Source: the human T2T-CHM13v2.0 reference genome, Homo sapiens
Assembly: GCF_009914755.1 (NCBI RefSeq)
Contig: NC_060946.1
Length of the DNA: 64,000 bases
Strand: one strand, 5' to 3'
Shown: piece after piece, positions 1 to 19,710 of the stretch
How the letters are laid out: each line of letters begins with the position of its first letter
Position numbering within the stretch: position 1 is the stretch's first letter
The notes under the pieces: model-generated
The model's input: only the letters and a program-made list of their open reading frames with translations
The model's database searches: none
What the model was told of the DNA's origin: nothing
Position numbers and translations under genes: made by a program

Positions 1-2289
1 ACTTTATATGTTTGTACTTAATTTGGATGTATTTTATTGTATTGAAAGTAAACCTCAGTTAAGTTGACTTTTAAAATTTATTAGATTCTAAAACATTAAT
101 TTGCTTCCATCCATTATATTTATTCACAAATCCTACAATAGTATGTTTTGGAAGACCTGTAATAGACACAGTAACTGGCATATTCATAAAGGAAATTTCC
201 TTATGTAGGATAGTTTTTAGGGGAAATGCCTGAAACAAAAAAATCTGCATCTGCTTATCATAATCCACTGCATAAAAGATCTAAATGTGTAACTGGCAAT
301 CAACTTAGCTTTGATTATCTTTCATAGCAGCATGGATCAATTATGTTTACCCAGTTGGCTATTTCTCCATGCTAAACTCATATTGCATACATGCCTCTGA
401 AATTCCAGTCATGTATAGTCTATAATGTAAACCTATATTACACAATTTGTATACTTTTCCACTTTAAAGGGGGGATTTATACCTGCAAAGGGACTTGACC
501 TACAACTATCATCCAATTCTGTTCCAAATTTTGGATACTATGACTCTATCCTGGAAATGATTCAGTAGTTTTGTTTCATTTGACTCTTCCTACAGACATA
601 ATGTGTTGAAGTAAACCTGTTTTTTATGTTTGGAAAGTAGCCTTTTGATGGGTGTTTTCTAGCTTTTGGAAAACATGTACTCGAAGCAGAAGTAACTAGT
701 TGTTGAGGGAATAGAACCACAGCATTTCTGACCTAGGCAAATTGAAACCTTGTCATCCTTGATGACAAACATAACATGACACATGATTGCCTTTTTCAGG
801 GAGTTCTTATGTAAAATATTTTATCCCCAACTAGTTGGTATCATTCAAATCAAATTTTATAATTTTACTCTGTATTAGGATGCAGTTTTATAATTTCCAA
901 AGCATCTTTACGCATATTTTTTCTCAAATAAATCCTACAGCAACTGTGTGAGATACTCAAAGGTGAGAATATTATCCCCATTTTACAACTGAGCAAGCAG
1001 ACTTCAAGATTTGTTAACTTTTTAGAGCTGAAGTTTAGTCCACTATTTTATGTTATCAACCTTTGATTTGCTGTGCTATACCCACCAATTTAGAAAAGAA
1101 TTTACCCAAGATTGTAACATATAATACAATTAATTTATTTGTTTTTCTCTCCCCTTGAAAACAGAAACAGTGGTGATTATGGAGTATCCACTGATTATTT
1201 TGCTGGGACAAGTTGATGTCACTAAATTTATAAATTGAACTGAACTGATAACCTCAGTTATTTTACCAAAATTCCTTCTTTTAATATTATATAAACTGTA
1301 GAATGCAGAAGAGGTACTTTTAATTTCTAATTATTTAAGTAGAGGAAGACTTAACACTTCCTTTTAGGCTCACACATAAAATTTCTGGTTGATACATCAC
1401 CAGCGATTGTGTTTCAGCATGTATGTAAATGCAGCTTTCTGAATAGGCAAACTTATAGGAAATATGGAATATCATTGTATTTACATACAGCAGTATCTCA
1501 GACATCATTCCAAAAACTAAAGGACAATGAGGAAATATTTCCAAAAGCCATATTACAGTGCTTTGGGGGAGGTAAAAGAGAATGCTGCAATATGTTTTCC
1601 TGTTTGACTGACTCAAGCTACATTCTAGGAGATATTTTAAAAAGTTAATAAAATCTCTGTGTCATAGTCAAAAGATGTAAGGCAAACCACAATTATCCAA
1701 GGAAATCTGAAATGAATATTACTAAATACAACCTTCTGGATTTGGTTTTACTTACCTAGTATGTTGACTATGTCTGCTTATGGTTTTCTTACTTATGCCT
1801 ACCTACACCATCTTTTAATTAAATGTGCTGATAAAATTTCATCTAAGTGCAGAATTTCCTTTGCTTGACACAAACACTTTGTTCTACTGTGAATCAACTG
1901 CTGGAGCTTTCTATTGTATGGATGTCTACAAAGGGATGTGCTGTAACTCAAGTATAAGTAGATGGTTCTTTCCTTGTTGTAAATCAAATTGGTATAACCT
2001 GTGACTGGGTTCGATGTGGCCCCAGTTTCCTGAGGCCTGTGAAAATTGCTAGGTTGCTCGTTTTCATTTTTTCTTATCACCTTAACTGGAGTTGGAGGCC
2101 CTTGCAAGTCCAGGACAATGACGTCTTAGGCAACCTCAGTTGTCTAGTGTGACTTAATAAGCCTGATGTATGTAGTAGAACCAATCTTTTCTTTTATATA
2201 TATTGCCATTTTAAGTTATGTGAACCTTATTCTCTAGGTTACAGGTATTGGATTATTTTAGTTCTTTATTATAATAAGCAAGGTGTTAA

Positions 2290-2502
<213 letters not shown>

Positions 2503-3047
2503 TAGCCAGGATGATCTCGATCTGCTGATCTCATGATCCGCCCACCTCAGCCTCCCAAAGTGCTGGGATTATAGGCGTGAGCCACCAAGCCCTGCCCGCT
2601 AATTTGATTTTTTAACTCCTAAATTCTACCACTTTCCTTACTCGCTTTCTAATGAAAATTGATGGAGAAAATAAACTGAAAATATCACAATTCTAACTAT
2701 TCCACTATTTTGAGATTCTAAAATTATTGGCTTTTGGTGTTCACTGATTCATGTCGGATATTTAGTAGCATAATCAAACCTTTTTTTGGCAATGGTATAG
2801 AGTGCAAAATGCAAAGCCATTTGCCATGGTGTAGATGCTCACAGTATGCCCCTGCATCTAAAGAGATACTATTCTCCAACATAAATCAGACATATAGAAA
2901 ATACTTACAGCACAGAAAATATGAACTATGGCATAGAAATACATTAAATTAGCTAAATGACATCCCTAATAAAAATCTGAATCTGGCCGGGCATGGTGGC
3001 TCAAGCCTGTAATCCCAGCACTTTGGGAGGCCGAGGTAGGCGGATCA

Positions 3048-3283
<236 letters not shown>

Positions 3284-6200
3284 CTATTCTAAAACTGGGA
3301 ATTTTATGTTTAAGTAGATTCACTTAATTTTTTCCTATAATCTCCCGGGACAAATAAATGTTTTCCACAGTTGCGCTTAACAAACTGAAGAACTGGAAGG
3401 AGAAACAACATTATTAATAATTACTTCCAGAGTGGGGCGTGGCTCACATCTGTAATCCCAGCACTTTGGGAGGCCGAGGTGGGCTCATCACGAGGTTAAG
3501 AGATCGAGACCATCCTTGCTAACACGGTGAAAACCAACCTGTACTAAAAATACAAAAAATTAGCCGGGCATAGTGGCGGGTGCCTGTGGTCCCAGCTACT
3601 TGGGAGTCTGAGGCAAGAGAATCGCTTGAGGAAGGCTGGCCAACTTGGCTAAACCCCATCTCTACTAAAACTACAAAAATTAGCTGGGCATGTTGGCGCA
3701 TGTCTGTAATCCTAGCTACTCCCAGAGGCTGAGACAAGAGAATCGCTTGATCCCGGGAGGCGGAAGTTACAGCAAGCCGAGATCACGCCACTCCACTCCA
3801 GCCTGCTCTACAGAACAAGACTCCGTCTCTCAAAAAAAAAAAAAAAAATACTTCCTACGATGCATGATTAGAATACAAAGTTTTCTATTCTTTTCTTTTA
3901 AAAATAAATATCTTAGCTGCCTGTTTTCATTCTGGCCATCAAAATTGCCTAAAGTCTTTGTGGGCAATATCATCAACCCTTGAGGGAAATTCAAGATATT
4001 CCCAACACAGAAATATTCTTAGCTGAAAAGAGTATGGGATGACAATTTTCAACCTGGCATATATATAAAGAAGAAAAATGTTGGGTAAATGAACAGCAAA
4101 AGAAAGATGACATTCATATGTCCTATGCAATTCTGAATACTTATTTTATGTAGGTGAATATTTTAATGAAAGACATTTATTGATCCAAAATATTTTTTAA
4201 CTTAACGAACTTTGGCAAAACAATGCCCTTCAGTCAGTGACTATATTATCAAGTTTCACCTACCTCTGTTCAAGGAAACAAAAATAATAGTAATTCCATA
4301 CTCAGTATGTGTGAGAAAATAAGAGCTGTGTTTAGTTCTAATTATTTTGAGTTATGCCACATAACACATAACAGTATACATTTATTTTGAGTTCATATGT
4401 AGAATTAGACTACTTTTTAATTTTGGGAACATGGAGAACAATATTATAGGATTATATTAGTAAGGCTGTGGTAAATACTAACATTAAGCTCTCCTTATGT
4501 GACACACACAGTTCCTTCACCAAAATGGGCAAAATTTTAGCTGAAGACTTATAATGAAGCCTAGATATTCATGAAGCAATTAAACAACTTGACCATTATT
4601 AGAATATAGTAAATACATGCATGTGCAATACCAGCCTCTTTTTTTCTCACTTTATGTTTTTTGAATGTCATTAGATTTACATATCCTGCTAACATAACAT
4701 AAAAACAAACCTTAAGTTTCAAGAAATTAACAATTCTAGTTACATACTATTTACATGTTTTTCTTATTAACTATTAGTTATTTCAAAACTTACCTTTTAT
4801 GTTTTGAGATAAAAAATATCTAATAGAAATATAGTTTTTTGAGAAGAATGCCTTTTTTATTATTTTTATTTTTATTTCTTTATTTTTTGTTTGAGACAAC
4901 ATCTTGCTCTGTCACCCAGGCTGGTGTGCACTGGCATGATGTTGGCTCACTGCAATCTCTGCCTCCCAGGTTCAGGTGTTTCTCCTTCTTCAGCCTCCCA
5001 GGCAGGTGGGATTAGAGTAGCATGCCACCACACCTGGCTAATTTTTGTATTTTTAGTAAACATGGAGTTTTACCATGTTGGCTAGGCTGGTCTTGAACTC
5101 CTGACCTCAAGTGATCCGTCCTCAGCCTCCTAAAGTACTGGGATTACAGGCATGAGCTACTGCACCTGGCTCTTTTTAAATTATTTTTAAAGGATACTTT
5201 AGTTTTCCTAGTAATCCATGTGAATGTATTCTCTATGAACTATAGTGTGTGTGTTTACTTTTTATATATAGAATACTACTGAGGAACAAGCTGTTTCTGT
5301 AAATGAAATGGGACTGAACCTCTACCTTGGTTGTGTTCTACATGTTACAGAGACCTGGACAGAGACAGTATGATCATCTCATGAACATCACATAATCTCC
5401 TGTCACAGTCCCAAGATAAAACATTTCCTTAAAATCAAGACTTGCTTTAATAACCATCACATTTATTACAACAATACCTTCCCACTATAATCAATATGGA
5501 TATAAACAGCCTTTGTTCTATTTTTCTCATACTTGGAAGACTTTTGCTTTCATTCCATGAAAATCTTGTATTTCTCTTCAATTATTCTAATTAGAAAAAT
5601 AGTGCTGGAGGAGAAAAAATAAAACAGCACAGAAAGGAAAGGGGCTCCTGCAATGCACTGTTTAGACAGATAAGGTAGCCAAGCCAGGTGATGGTCAGGT
5701 AGGGATTGCCTTCTTCTCTCTGGTGGTGAGAATTGAGAATTGCTGAGAGGTGTGCAAGTGGAGCTGATTGAGCCAGAGCACAGTCCAGCTTTCTTCCATG
5801 TTCTCTACATAAAATAATCAATAATCTTCAGCATTAAGACCTCATGATCTCATGTTTTGAGAAGGAGAGTTGAGAAACACCTACTAGTCTTATGATAGGT
5901 TGAGTACTTTAAAGAGTTTTGGGCCAGGTGTGGTGACTCACGCCTGTAATCCCAGCACTTTGGGAGGCTGAGGCACGTGGATCACGAGGTCAGGAGATCG
6001 AGTCCATCCTGGCCAACATGGTGAAACCCCATCTCTACTAAAAATACAAAAATTTAGCCGAGCATGGTGGCACGCACCTGTAGTCCCAGCTACTCGGGAG
6101 GCTGAGGCAAGAAAATCCCTTGATCTGGGGAGGTGGAAATTGCATGAGCTGAGATTGCACCACTGCACTCCAGCCTGGGTGACAGAGTTAGACTCCATCT

Positions 6201-7239
6201 CAAAAAAAAAAAAAAAAAAAAAAGAATTTTGAAGCTTCTTAATTCCATTTATTTAAGACATTATTCTCATTGGGATTAGGGGGGAATCCCTGAATTTTGG
6301 TAAAAACAAATCCAAGTCACAAAATCAGAAAAAAAAAGGGAAGATATAGGATGATGCGTTTCATTCTTCATATGAATATGCATTTTACAAATATATAACT
6401 AAGACCAATTTCGGATTTATTTCCAGGCTTGGAGATAACTTATGGAAACTTTTAACATTAAAGTTAAATTTGCAATTCAGAATTAATCCATACATTATTT
6501 CACTGTTTTCTTGTTAATATTAAATTCTGCTTACTCAGTAAAGTTTATTATTTGAATATAACAAGAATGTGTGAATTGTAAATTCCATGCTAAAGTCTGG
6601 AACATTTCTACAAAATTCAGTTTAGCAAATATTTGTTAAGACTTCAGTCAAAGCCTTTTACAACTGCACTGCTCTAGGTTTTGAGGACTCAAAATAATCT
6701 CTGCTCACAAACCAGACATGCAGACAAATAAGGTTCTATGTATTAAGGTCAATAATAGAATTTTGCTGAAGACAAAATATTATCGCAGACACAAAAAAAT
6801 TAGCCAGGCATGGTGGCAAGTGCCTGTAATCCAAGCTACTCAGGAGGGTAAGGAAGGAGAATAGCTTGAACCCAGGAGGCAGAGGTTGCAGTGAGCCAAG
6901 ATCACATCACTGCACTCATCTTGGGCAACAGAGTGAGACTTCATCTCAAAAAAAAAAAAAAAAATCTTGATTCCTTTATCCCCTGTGCTTCACAGCATTC
7001 AGAGTCTTCCATATTTTCTGGGAGTTTCTTGGTTAGTTGGGCTTGGCCTCTCCTCACTTACTGTTGGTGCCTGCCCTCTTCTCTGTGCTCCAGAGCAGAT
7101 CATGTTTTCTCTACTCAGTTCCCTCTAGTGAGGAGACTCATTCCACTTTCACCCCCACCTTAGCACCAAGCACCATTAATTCAAGACCACTATGAGGAGG
7201 AGATAAGGGAGAATTACATCCCACGAAGAGCAGCAAAAT

Positions 7240-7378
7240 GCATAAACATGCATATATATATACACATATATGCATATATATGCACATATACACACATATA
7301 CATATATATACATATATACATACACACATATATACACGTATACACATATATACACACACACATATATACATGCATATA
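7240..7378. repeat. (TA/CA)n compound microsatellite
   Basis: Direct observation: CATATATATATACACATATATGCATATATATGCACATATACACACA... Confidence 0.95.
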
Positions 7379-8322
7379 TTGCCACCACTACCCTGAATCT
7401 CCTCATTTATTCCCAACAGAAGGAATTTCTCCACCCCACCCTACCATTTTCTTGGAACTTCTAGTCTCTCTCACATTATTAATTCTACACCTGGGGCTGC
7501 CTTGCCCCCTCTTGCTAACTGCCTGGTGGTAACTTGGCACTCCTCTTAGTTACTACTTAACGTTACAGCTCACCCTTTTTTACATCATATTTATGAAGCA
7601 TTAAATATTCTAAAAGTGGCCGGGTGCAGTGATTCATGCCTGTAATCTCAGCACTTTGGGAGGCCAAAGCTGGCGGATCACGAGGTCAGGAGTTCAAAAC
7701 CTCCTGACCAACATGGTGAAACCCTGTCTCTACTACAAATACAAAAATTAGCTGGGCATGATGGAGTGTGTCTGTAATCCCAGCTACTCAAGAGGCTGAG
7801 GCAAGATAATCACTTGAACCTGGGAGGCAGAGGTCACAAAGAGCCGAGATTTGTGCCACTGCACTCCAGCCTGGGTGACAGAGCAAGACTCTCAAAAAAA
7901 AAGAAAAAAAAAAACAAGCTACTTTGTCTAGGGTACCCTATTATACCAAGGAATTTAGTGCCTCATGAAAAAAGGTTCTCAAGGATGTTTTTCTAAACAA
8001 TAGAACCTTCTACCTTAGAAATCATTTATGATATTATCCAACATCATTATTTTTTATTTTATATATATTTTTCACTACAATAAAAATCTTTCAAATATAT
8101 CAAAATACAATTTTATTAAAACAGAAAAGTTGTTTATTAGATAATCTTTTAATTTTAACATACTAATTTGTCTATCGGGGTTCTATGTCATTCACTCAAG
8201 AAGATAATTCAATGAATAAATGTGGTAACTTCACATATCAGTAGAACTTTTTCACAAAAATGGACAATTTTTCATTTTTCAGAGTGAACACTGAGCCACC
8301 ACCTGAGGAAAAATAAATGATC

Positions 8323-8631
<309 letters not shown>

Positions 8632-8805
8632 AAATGATCATTTTTAACAATTAAAGTTACTATTTTTTTTAATCATCTGGTCTTTTAAGATGTTTTTAGA
8701 CTTATAGATCAAGATAAGATGTTAGCATGCATTTATCCTTCTTTCAATTTGTATCCATCCCTAACTTATTTCTTCCTATTGTGCAATAGCTCATTATTAA
8801 GCTGA

Positions 8806-9078
<273 letters not shown>

Positions 9079-9155
9079 TAGACAGGATGGTATGGATCTC
9101 CTGACCTCATGATCTGCCCACCTCAGCCTCCAAAAGTCCTGGGATACAGGCTTGA

Positions 9156-9608
<453 letters not shown>

Positions 9609-9991
9609 TGAAGGTCCACTATTTTTCCCTTGTTATTTTAATAAAAACAACTATTTACCTTGAATATACTGAATATACACAAAATACATATTCATTTACA
9701 CACCATGGCTTTTTAAAAGGGTTGTCCTTAGACGAGACCTCCAGGGATAGTTAAGCTGTAAATGGAAGGCTTCATATGTAAAGACATTTTCCTTTTGACC
9801 TTGTTTCTTATAGTGAGTGTGTGTGTGTGTCTGCTTTTAGTGGTAGAAGTTAAGGGGAATCTCTATGATTGTTTTTCTTTCTCTGCATTTATCCCTCACT
9901 TTCTTTTTTTTTTTTGAAACAGAGTCTTCCTTTGTCAGTGCAGTGGCGTTATCTCGACTCACTACGACTTCTCCCTCCTGGGTTCAAGTGA

Positions 9992-10421
<430 letters not shown>

Positions 10422-10891
10422 TAGCCAGGATGGTCTCAATCTCCTGACCTCATGATCCACCTGTTTTAGCCTCCCAAAGTGCTGGGATTACAGCCATGAG
10501 CCACCTCGCCTGGACTATCCCTCACTTTATAACATTAATCAAGTTCTTTTATAATTTTATGTTAAAGATTTTTGAATTTTGTTAATCTATTTTATTTTCC
10601 TTCATAAAATGATCAAAGCTAGAAATAACATTACAAAGTATATCATAATCGTTAATAGAAAGAGCTCTATAATCAGCTTAAATTTCTTTTCTCTCTTTTC
10701 TAGTTATGTGATCTTAGGCAAGTTACATAAATTACCTGTGTTCAGTTTATTTATTTGTGAAATGGGGAAAATAAGGGTGCCTGTCTCTGGGTAAGATTGT
10801 AGTGAGGGTGAATAACAGATTTATCAAGCATAAAGCAGTGTCTGGGACACAGGAATTGCCCTCTCTGCATGCCCCTGCATATGTGTGCATA

Positions 10892-12383
<1,492 letters not shown>

Positions 12384-12419
12384 TAAAATTACTAGTATTC
12401 AAAAATCAGTTGTATCTTC

Positions 12420-13270
12420 AACATTTCCTACCTCTGCAGAATGCATCACCATTCTCCCAGTTACCCAGGCTTAAAACCTCAGAATTCTATCAAATTATTT
12501 CATTTCTTTACATCTCATGTTTAATTAGTCACTGATTCCCATCAATTTTCCCCTATCATGTTTAATAGTACCAACACATTATTTCTCTTAGAAAAATATT
12601 TTTCTAGTTTAGGCTCTTAATTTAGCCTATTTTTAAAATATCTCAAAGTTTGCCATACAGTCTTTATTTCTTATTTCTTAAAACATTTTCTACATTTTGA
12701 TACAACTAAACTTTCTAAAGCATAAATATCTCACTTTGTCACTTGTCTGCTCAAAAAAAACATAAAAATATCTTCTTGGTCTAGAAAGTAAAATTATAAT
12801 GCTTGGCATGATGCAGACAGAAATTCCCATTTCTCCTTTTTCTCCTTTGCCCCCACTATTTTCTTCCATGTTCACATCAGTACCTAATGTCCCAGACATA
12901 TGGAATTCATTGTTTCATGAATAGAGCCAACACATTCTAACTACCATGCATTTAGTCAAACCATCTGGCCACCTGGAATTTCCTACCATCCCCCATAAAA
13001 TTTAAGTTAAAAAATTCCACTGTTCTGTCCTCTCTGAAGATGTCCCTGAACCTTTATTGAAACTCATTGACATATCCTTTGGTTCCCGCAGACTTTATTG
13101 TATATGTCATAATTTAGCACATACATTACTCTGCCATACATCTTAGTAAGTTAATGAACTGTCTCTTTTCACTGATAAAACAGTGTCAGGATTTTTTTCA
13201 TTTTTGTATTCCCTACTGGTCCACAGAGTGCTATGAACATATAATGTGCTAAGTTAATTTTAAATTGACT
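12420..13270. mobile_element. Probable L2 fragment (similar degenerate sequence at ~57450-58020)
   Basis: CACCATTCTCCCAGTTACCCAGGCTTAAAACCTCAGAATT and CTTTCTAAAGCATAAATATCTCAC resemble L2; highly diverged. Confidence 0.5.
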
Positions 13271-14010
13271 TAAACTTACTGGTGAATTCATCGATTAACT
13301 GTTCTTTTCCAGTATTACTCTTAGAAATGTCCTTGCCTTGATATATTTTAAGTTCTAAAAAAATTAATTTCATTTTAATTATCACATCCTCCAAAACAAA
13401 AGAAACAAAAGCTCCCATACAATTCTAATGCTACTTATAAGTAACATTAAAAATGGCATACCAAGTGTAAAAAACAAAAAAACAAACAAAAACAAACAAA
13501 CAAACAAAAAAATTCCCATGAAAGCCAGAGGCAAACAATGCAAATTTTAATGTCAATATTGTCATTTTTTCCTAGGTTAGGGGTCAATATAACCACATTT
13601 ATAAACTTGTTCTTTTTGTCTCTCCTCATGTTGACTTCACACATAGCATATTATGCCATTAAAACAACAAAAAAGGAGAAAATGCTATATTGAAATCCAG
13701 TATTTTCTGACAACAATTCCTTACTGTGAATTGTGAATGAAAATTAAATTCTTTAATCACTAGGAAAGACTCTGAGTGTGCGAGTGTTTCTTTCAGCTGA
13801 TATAAACATTGATAAGATCAAAGCTTGCTCTGAATTATCTGTCTTACCAGGTCTTGACTGAATCTCAGAACAAAATCCTGTAGTTTCTCTTTATTTTGGA
13901 AAAACCTTTAATCTTTTAAAAATATAGGCACAACTGGGGACAGTGGCTCCGGCCTGTAATGTCAGCAGTTTGGGAGGCCGAGGTGGGCAGATAACGAGAT
14001 CTAGATATCA

Positions 14011-14292
<282 letters not shown>

Positions 14293-15354
14293 CTACTTGC
14301 ATTGAAAATGGGTTTAAGTTTAAGGTTTTGGCAAGTGTTTGAGAAAAATATGAATTAAGCTCATTTTCTGTGGAGACAAGTCTCTATGCATTTAGTGTTG
14401 GTTAAGGTAAATACTTAAATCTATTTAAAATTTTAAAGACCTTAGTAATGTAAACAAATGTTGTTGAGTTTGGACGTCTCTACAATATCTATGTGGAATC
14501 TTAGGAAAGGAAGAGTGAAAGGATACAATATATTTTAAATGGTAGTTCAGCCTAAATCCTAAGCATAAGCATAATACACTGCTGCATTTCTTTTTTTTTT
14601 TTTTTTAACAGAGCCTAACTCTGTCCCCCAGACTGAAATGCAGTGGTGCCATCTTGACTCACTGCAACCTCAGTCTCCTAGATTCAAGCTATTCTCCTGC
14701 CTCAGCCTTCTGAGTATTTGGGATCACAGGCAGGCACCAGCCACACCCGGCTTTTTTTTTTGTTTTTGTCTTTTTTCTTTTTTTGAAGACAGAGTCTTGC
14801 TCTATCGCCCAGGCTGGAGTACAATGGCACAACCTCGGCTCACTGTAACCTCCGCTTCCCAGGTTCAAGTGATTCTCCTGCCTCAGCCTCCTGAGTAGTT
14901 GGGATTACAGGCATGTGCCACCATGCCCGGCTATCCACCTCCCAGGTTCAAGCAATTCTTCTGCCTAAGCCTCTTGAGTAGCTGAGATTACAGGCATGTG
15001 CCACCATGCCTGGCTAATTTTTGTATTTTTAGTAGAGACAGGGTTTCACCACGTTGATCAGGCTGGTCTTGAACTCCTGACCTCCTGATCTACCCGCCTC
15101 AGCCTCCCAAAGTGCTGGAATTATAGGCATGAACCAAGGTGCCCAGCCCATTTTTTTGTATTTTTAATAGAGGTGAGGTTTCACCATGTTGACCAGGCTG
15201 ATCTTGAACTCCTGACCTCAAGTGATCTGCCCGCCTCCACCTGTCAAAATGCTGGGATTACAGACATGAGCCACTATGCCTAGCCAATATGTTACTTTAA
15301 AAAAATATGTTATTCGTTTTAGTTTTCTTCTGTTGCTAATGATCATTTCTATTT

Positions 15355-16377
15355 TGTAGGGAAAAGGAAGAGAGATCAGACTGTTATTTGTCTATGTAGA
15401 AAGGGAAGACATAAGAAATTCCATTTTGACCTATACTTTGAACAATTGCTTTGCCCTGAGATGCTGTTAATCTGTAACTTTGCCCCAATCACTTTGCCCC
15501 AACCTCTTTGCCCCCACCTTGAGATCACAAAAACATGTGTTGTATGGAATCAAGATTTAAGGGATCTAGGGCTGTGCAGGATGTGCCTTGTTAACAAAAT
15601 GTTTACAAGCAGTATGCTTGGTAAAAGTCATCGCCATTCTCTAGTCTCGATAAACCAGGGGCACAATGCACTGCAGAAAGCCGCAGGGACCTCTGCCCTG
15701 GAAAGCCGGGTATTGTCCAAGTTTTCTCCCCATGTGATAGTCTGAAATATGGCCTCATGGGATGAGAAAGACCTGACCATCCCCCAGCCCAACACCCGTA
15801 AAGGGTCTGTGCTGAGGTGGATTAGTAAAACAGGAAAGCCTCTTGCAGTTGAGATAGAGGAAGGCCGCTGTCTCCTGTCTGCCCCAGGGAACTGAATGTC
15901 TCAGTATAATACCCGATTTTACATTTGTTCAATTCTGAGATAGGAGAAAAACCACCCTATGGCGGGAGGCAAGACATGTTGGCAGCAATGCTGCTTTATT
16001 GTTCTTTACTCCACTGAGATGTTTGGGCAGAGAAACATAAATCTGGCCTACGTGCACATCCAGGCATAGTACCTCCCCTTGAACTTAATTATGACACAGA
16101 TTCTTCTGCTCACATGTTTTTTTGCTGACCTTCTCCCTGTTATCACCCTGCTCTCCTACCGCATTCCTCTTGCTGAGATAATGAAAATAATATTCAATAA
16201 AAACTGAGGGAGCTCAGAGTCTGGTGCTGGTGCACATCCTTGGTATGCTGAGTGCCAGTCCCCTGGGCCCACTTTTCTTTCTCTAAACTTTGACTCTGTG
16301 TCTTATTTCTTTTCTCAGTCTCTCATCCCACCTGACTAGAAATACCCACAGATGTGGAGGGGCTGGCCACCCCTTCA
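15355..16377 (+). mobile_element. HERV-K (HML-2) solo LTR, LTR5A/LTR5B type
   Basis: TGTAGGGAAAAGGAAGAGAGATCAGACTG start; ...GGCCACCCCTTCA end (not the LTR5_Hs end); AATAAA at ~16196; TATTT flanks both ends. Confidence 0.9.
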
Positions 16378-18089
16378 TATTTTCACTTAATTTACTCTGA
16401 ATCCATGCCACTTTTGCATTTGGGGCTAATGTTTGTATTGCAGGAAAGGATAGCAAGTCAATTTACAATTGGATTTTTTCAATGTAGAGAGTTACATGTT
16501 AACTAAAAGGAGTAGCTCTTAATTCTTTTTAAAAAGCCCATAGCAAGCAAGATGATTAACAATTTTTATGTGAACAGATGTCTTAAAATATTTTAAACAT
16601 CTAGAGAACACTGATACCATCTTCACTTCCAAAGAGATAGAAGTTACTTCTTTTGACTTAGATCTGACTTCTTAAACCGTCAAATGAAGTGGCTGAGTAT
16701 AACTCACCACCCACAACTTTGATATTTAGCCGCCTCTCTTCATTTGCTTTGTATTATATGTACTGTAGCCCTTACTTTAATATTTCTATATCTTACACAT
16801 CTTTCTTTCTTAAAAATGTGCTTTCATTTAGAGGAGAAATACAATTTTAAGGGAGAAGTTGATGCAAGCCTAGTTCTGTCTTTTTTTTTAATTGCTGATC
16901 TGTCCTGAGGAAATTAATGTCACCCTACTGGGTATGATGCTGTCCCTCTGGAGAGATTCCTGCAAGTTATGACCACTGGGGATTTTATAGATGTCCACAT
17001 TAAGCCTTTCACTGAGAGTAGAGATTAACTTGCAGTTGCCTCTCTGACACAAATATATCTAAGAAATCAACATAATCTTTCAAAACCCTTCTGGCTAATA
17101 ATAGTTTGTAGCCACTATTAATATAGTGGTTCTAAGTTTGTTCCAGGGTCTCAAAGCCTTAAATCATTTCATGAAAGCCTACTGCAAATGTCAACATATA
17201 ATGCTTACAAGGACATAACTGGGTGTTTCACATTATTATTTTAGTTTTAACCCACTTGATCCATCAAGTTATCTGTCACAGAACAAATTAAAGGCCCCTT
17301 TAGAGAAGTATCAGGATAAAAAATAGGCCTAGTTATGTTCATTGGGAGAGGAGCAAATAAAGCATGGGCTTACATTCTCTGTCTATAAGAAATTGTCATT
17401 GTAACTGTTCTTTGTTTCAAAATCTATGTACAGTTCTGATGCACCAATTGACAATGGCTGCCTGACTCTAACACTCAGATGTATTACTGTAAATTCCCTG
17501 TCTTCTTTATAGCAAGAGAAAAAATCAGGACATTCTGAAAGTAATACACTGTGGATATTTGCATGGCCAGAGTATAATTTTCTCTGCTTAATAATAAAAC
17601 TGAATAATGAGCTTAATAATAAAACTCTTATACAAATACAAAATAAACCTCTGTCAAAATTTATTTCACTTATTCCTGAGGAAATCAGTAGGTGGGAAAG
17701 CTGGTTCCAAGAACAAGCAAAAAAAAAGTAATTACAGATTTTTTTCCCCAAAACAAGAAATGTTAGAATAAGACAACTATGTTAGAAGCAAAACTGGGCC
17801 AGGAGCGGTGGCTCACAGCTGTAATCCCAGCACTTTGGGAGGCTGAGGTGGGCAGATCACAAGGTCAGGAAATCGAGGCCATCCTGACTAACACGGTGAA
17901 ACCCGGTCTCTACTAAAAATACAAAACCAAAATTAGCCGGGCGTGGTGGCCTGTAGTCCCAGATACTCAGGACGCTGAGGTAGGAGAATGGCATGAACCC
18001 AGGAGGCGGAGCTTGCAGTGATCCAATATTGCACCACTGCACTCCAGCCTGGGTGACAGAGTGAAACTCCATCTCAAAAAAAAAAAAAA

Positions 18090-19710
<1,621 letters not shown>

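Noticed and set aside
7138-7532. Four overlapping ORFs rich in Y/I/H/T or C/V/Y/M
   Set aside because: Produced by the (TA/CA)n microsatellite.
15446-15745. 99-aa ORF
   Set aside because: Lies wholly within the HERV-K LTR U3; incidental.
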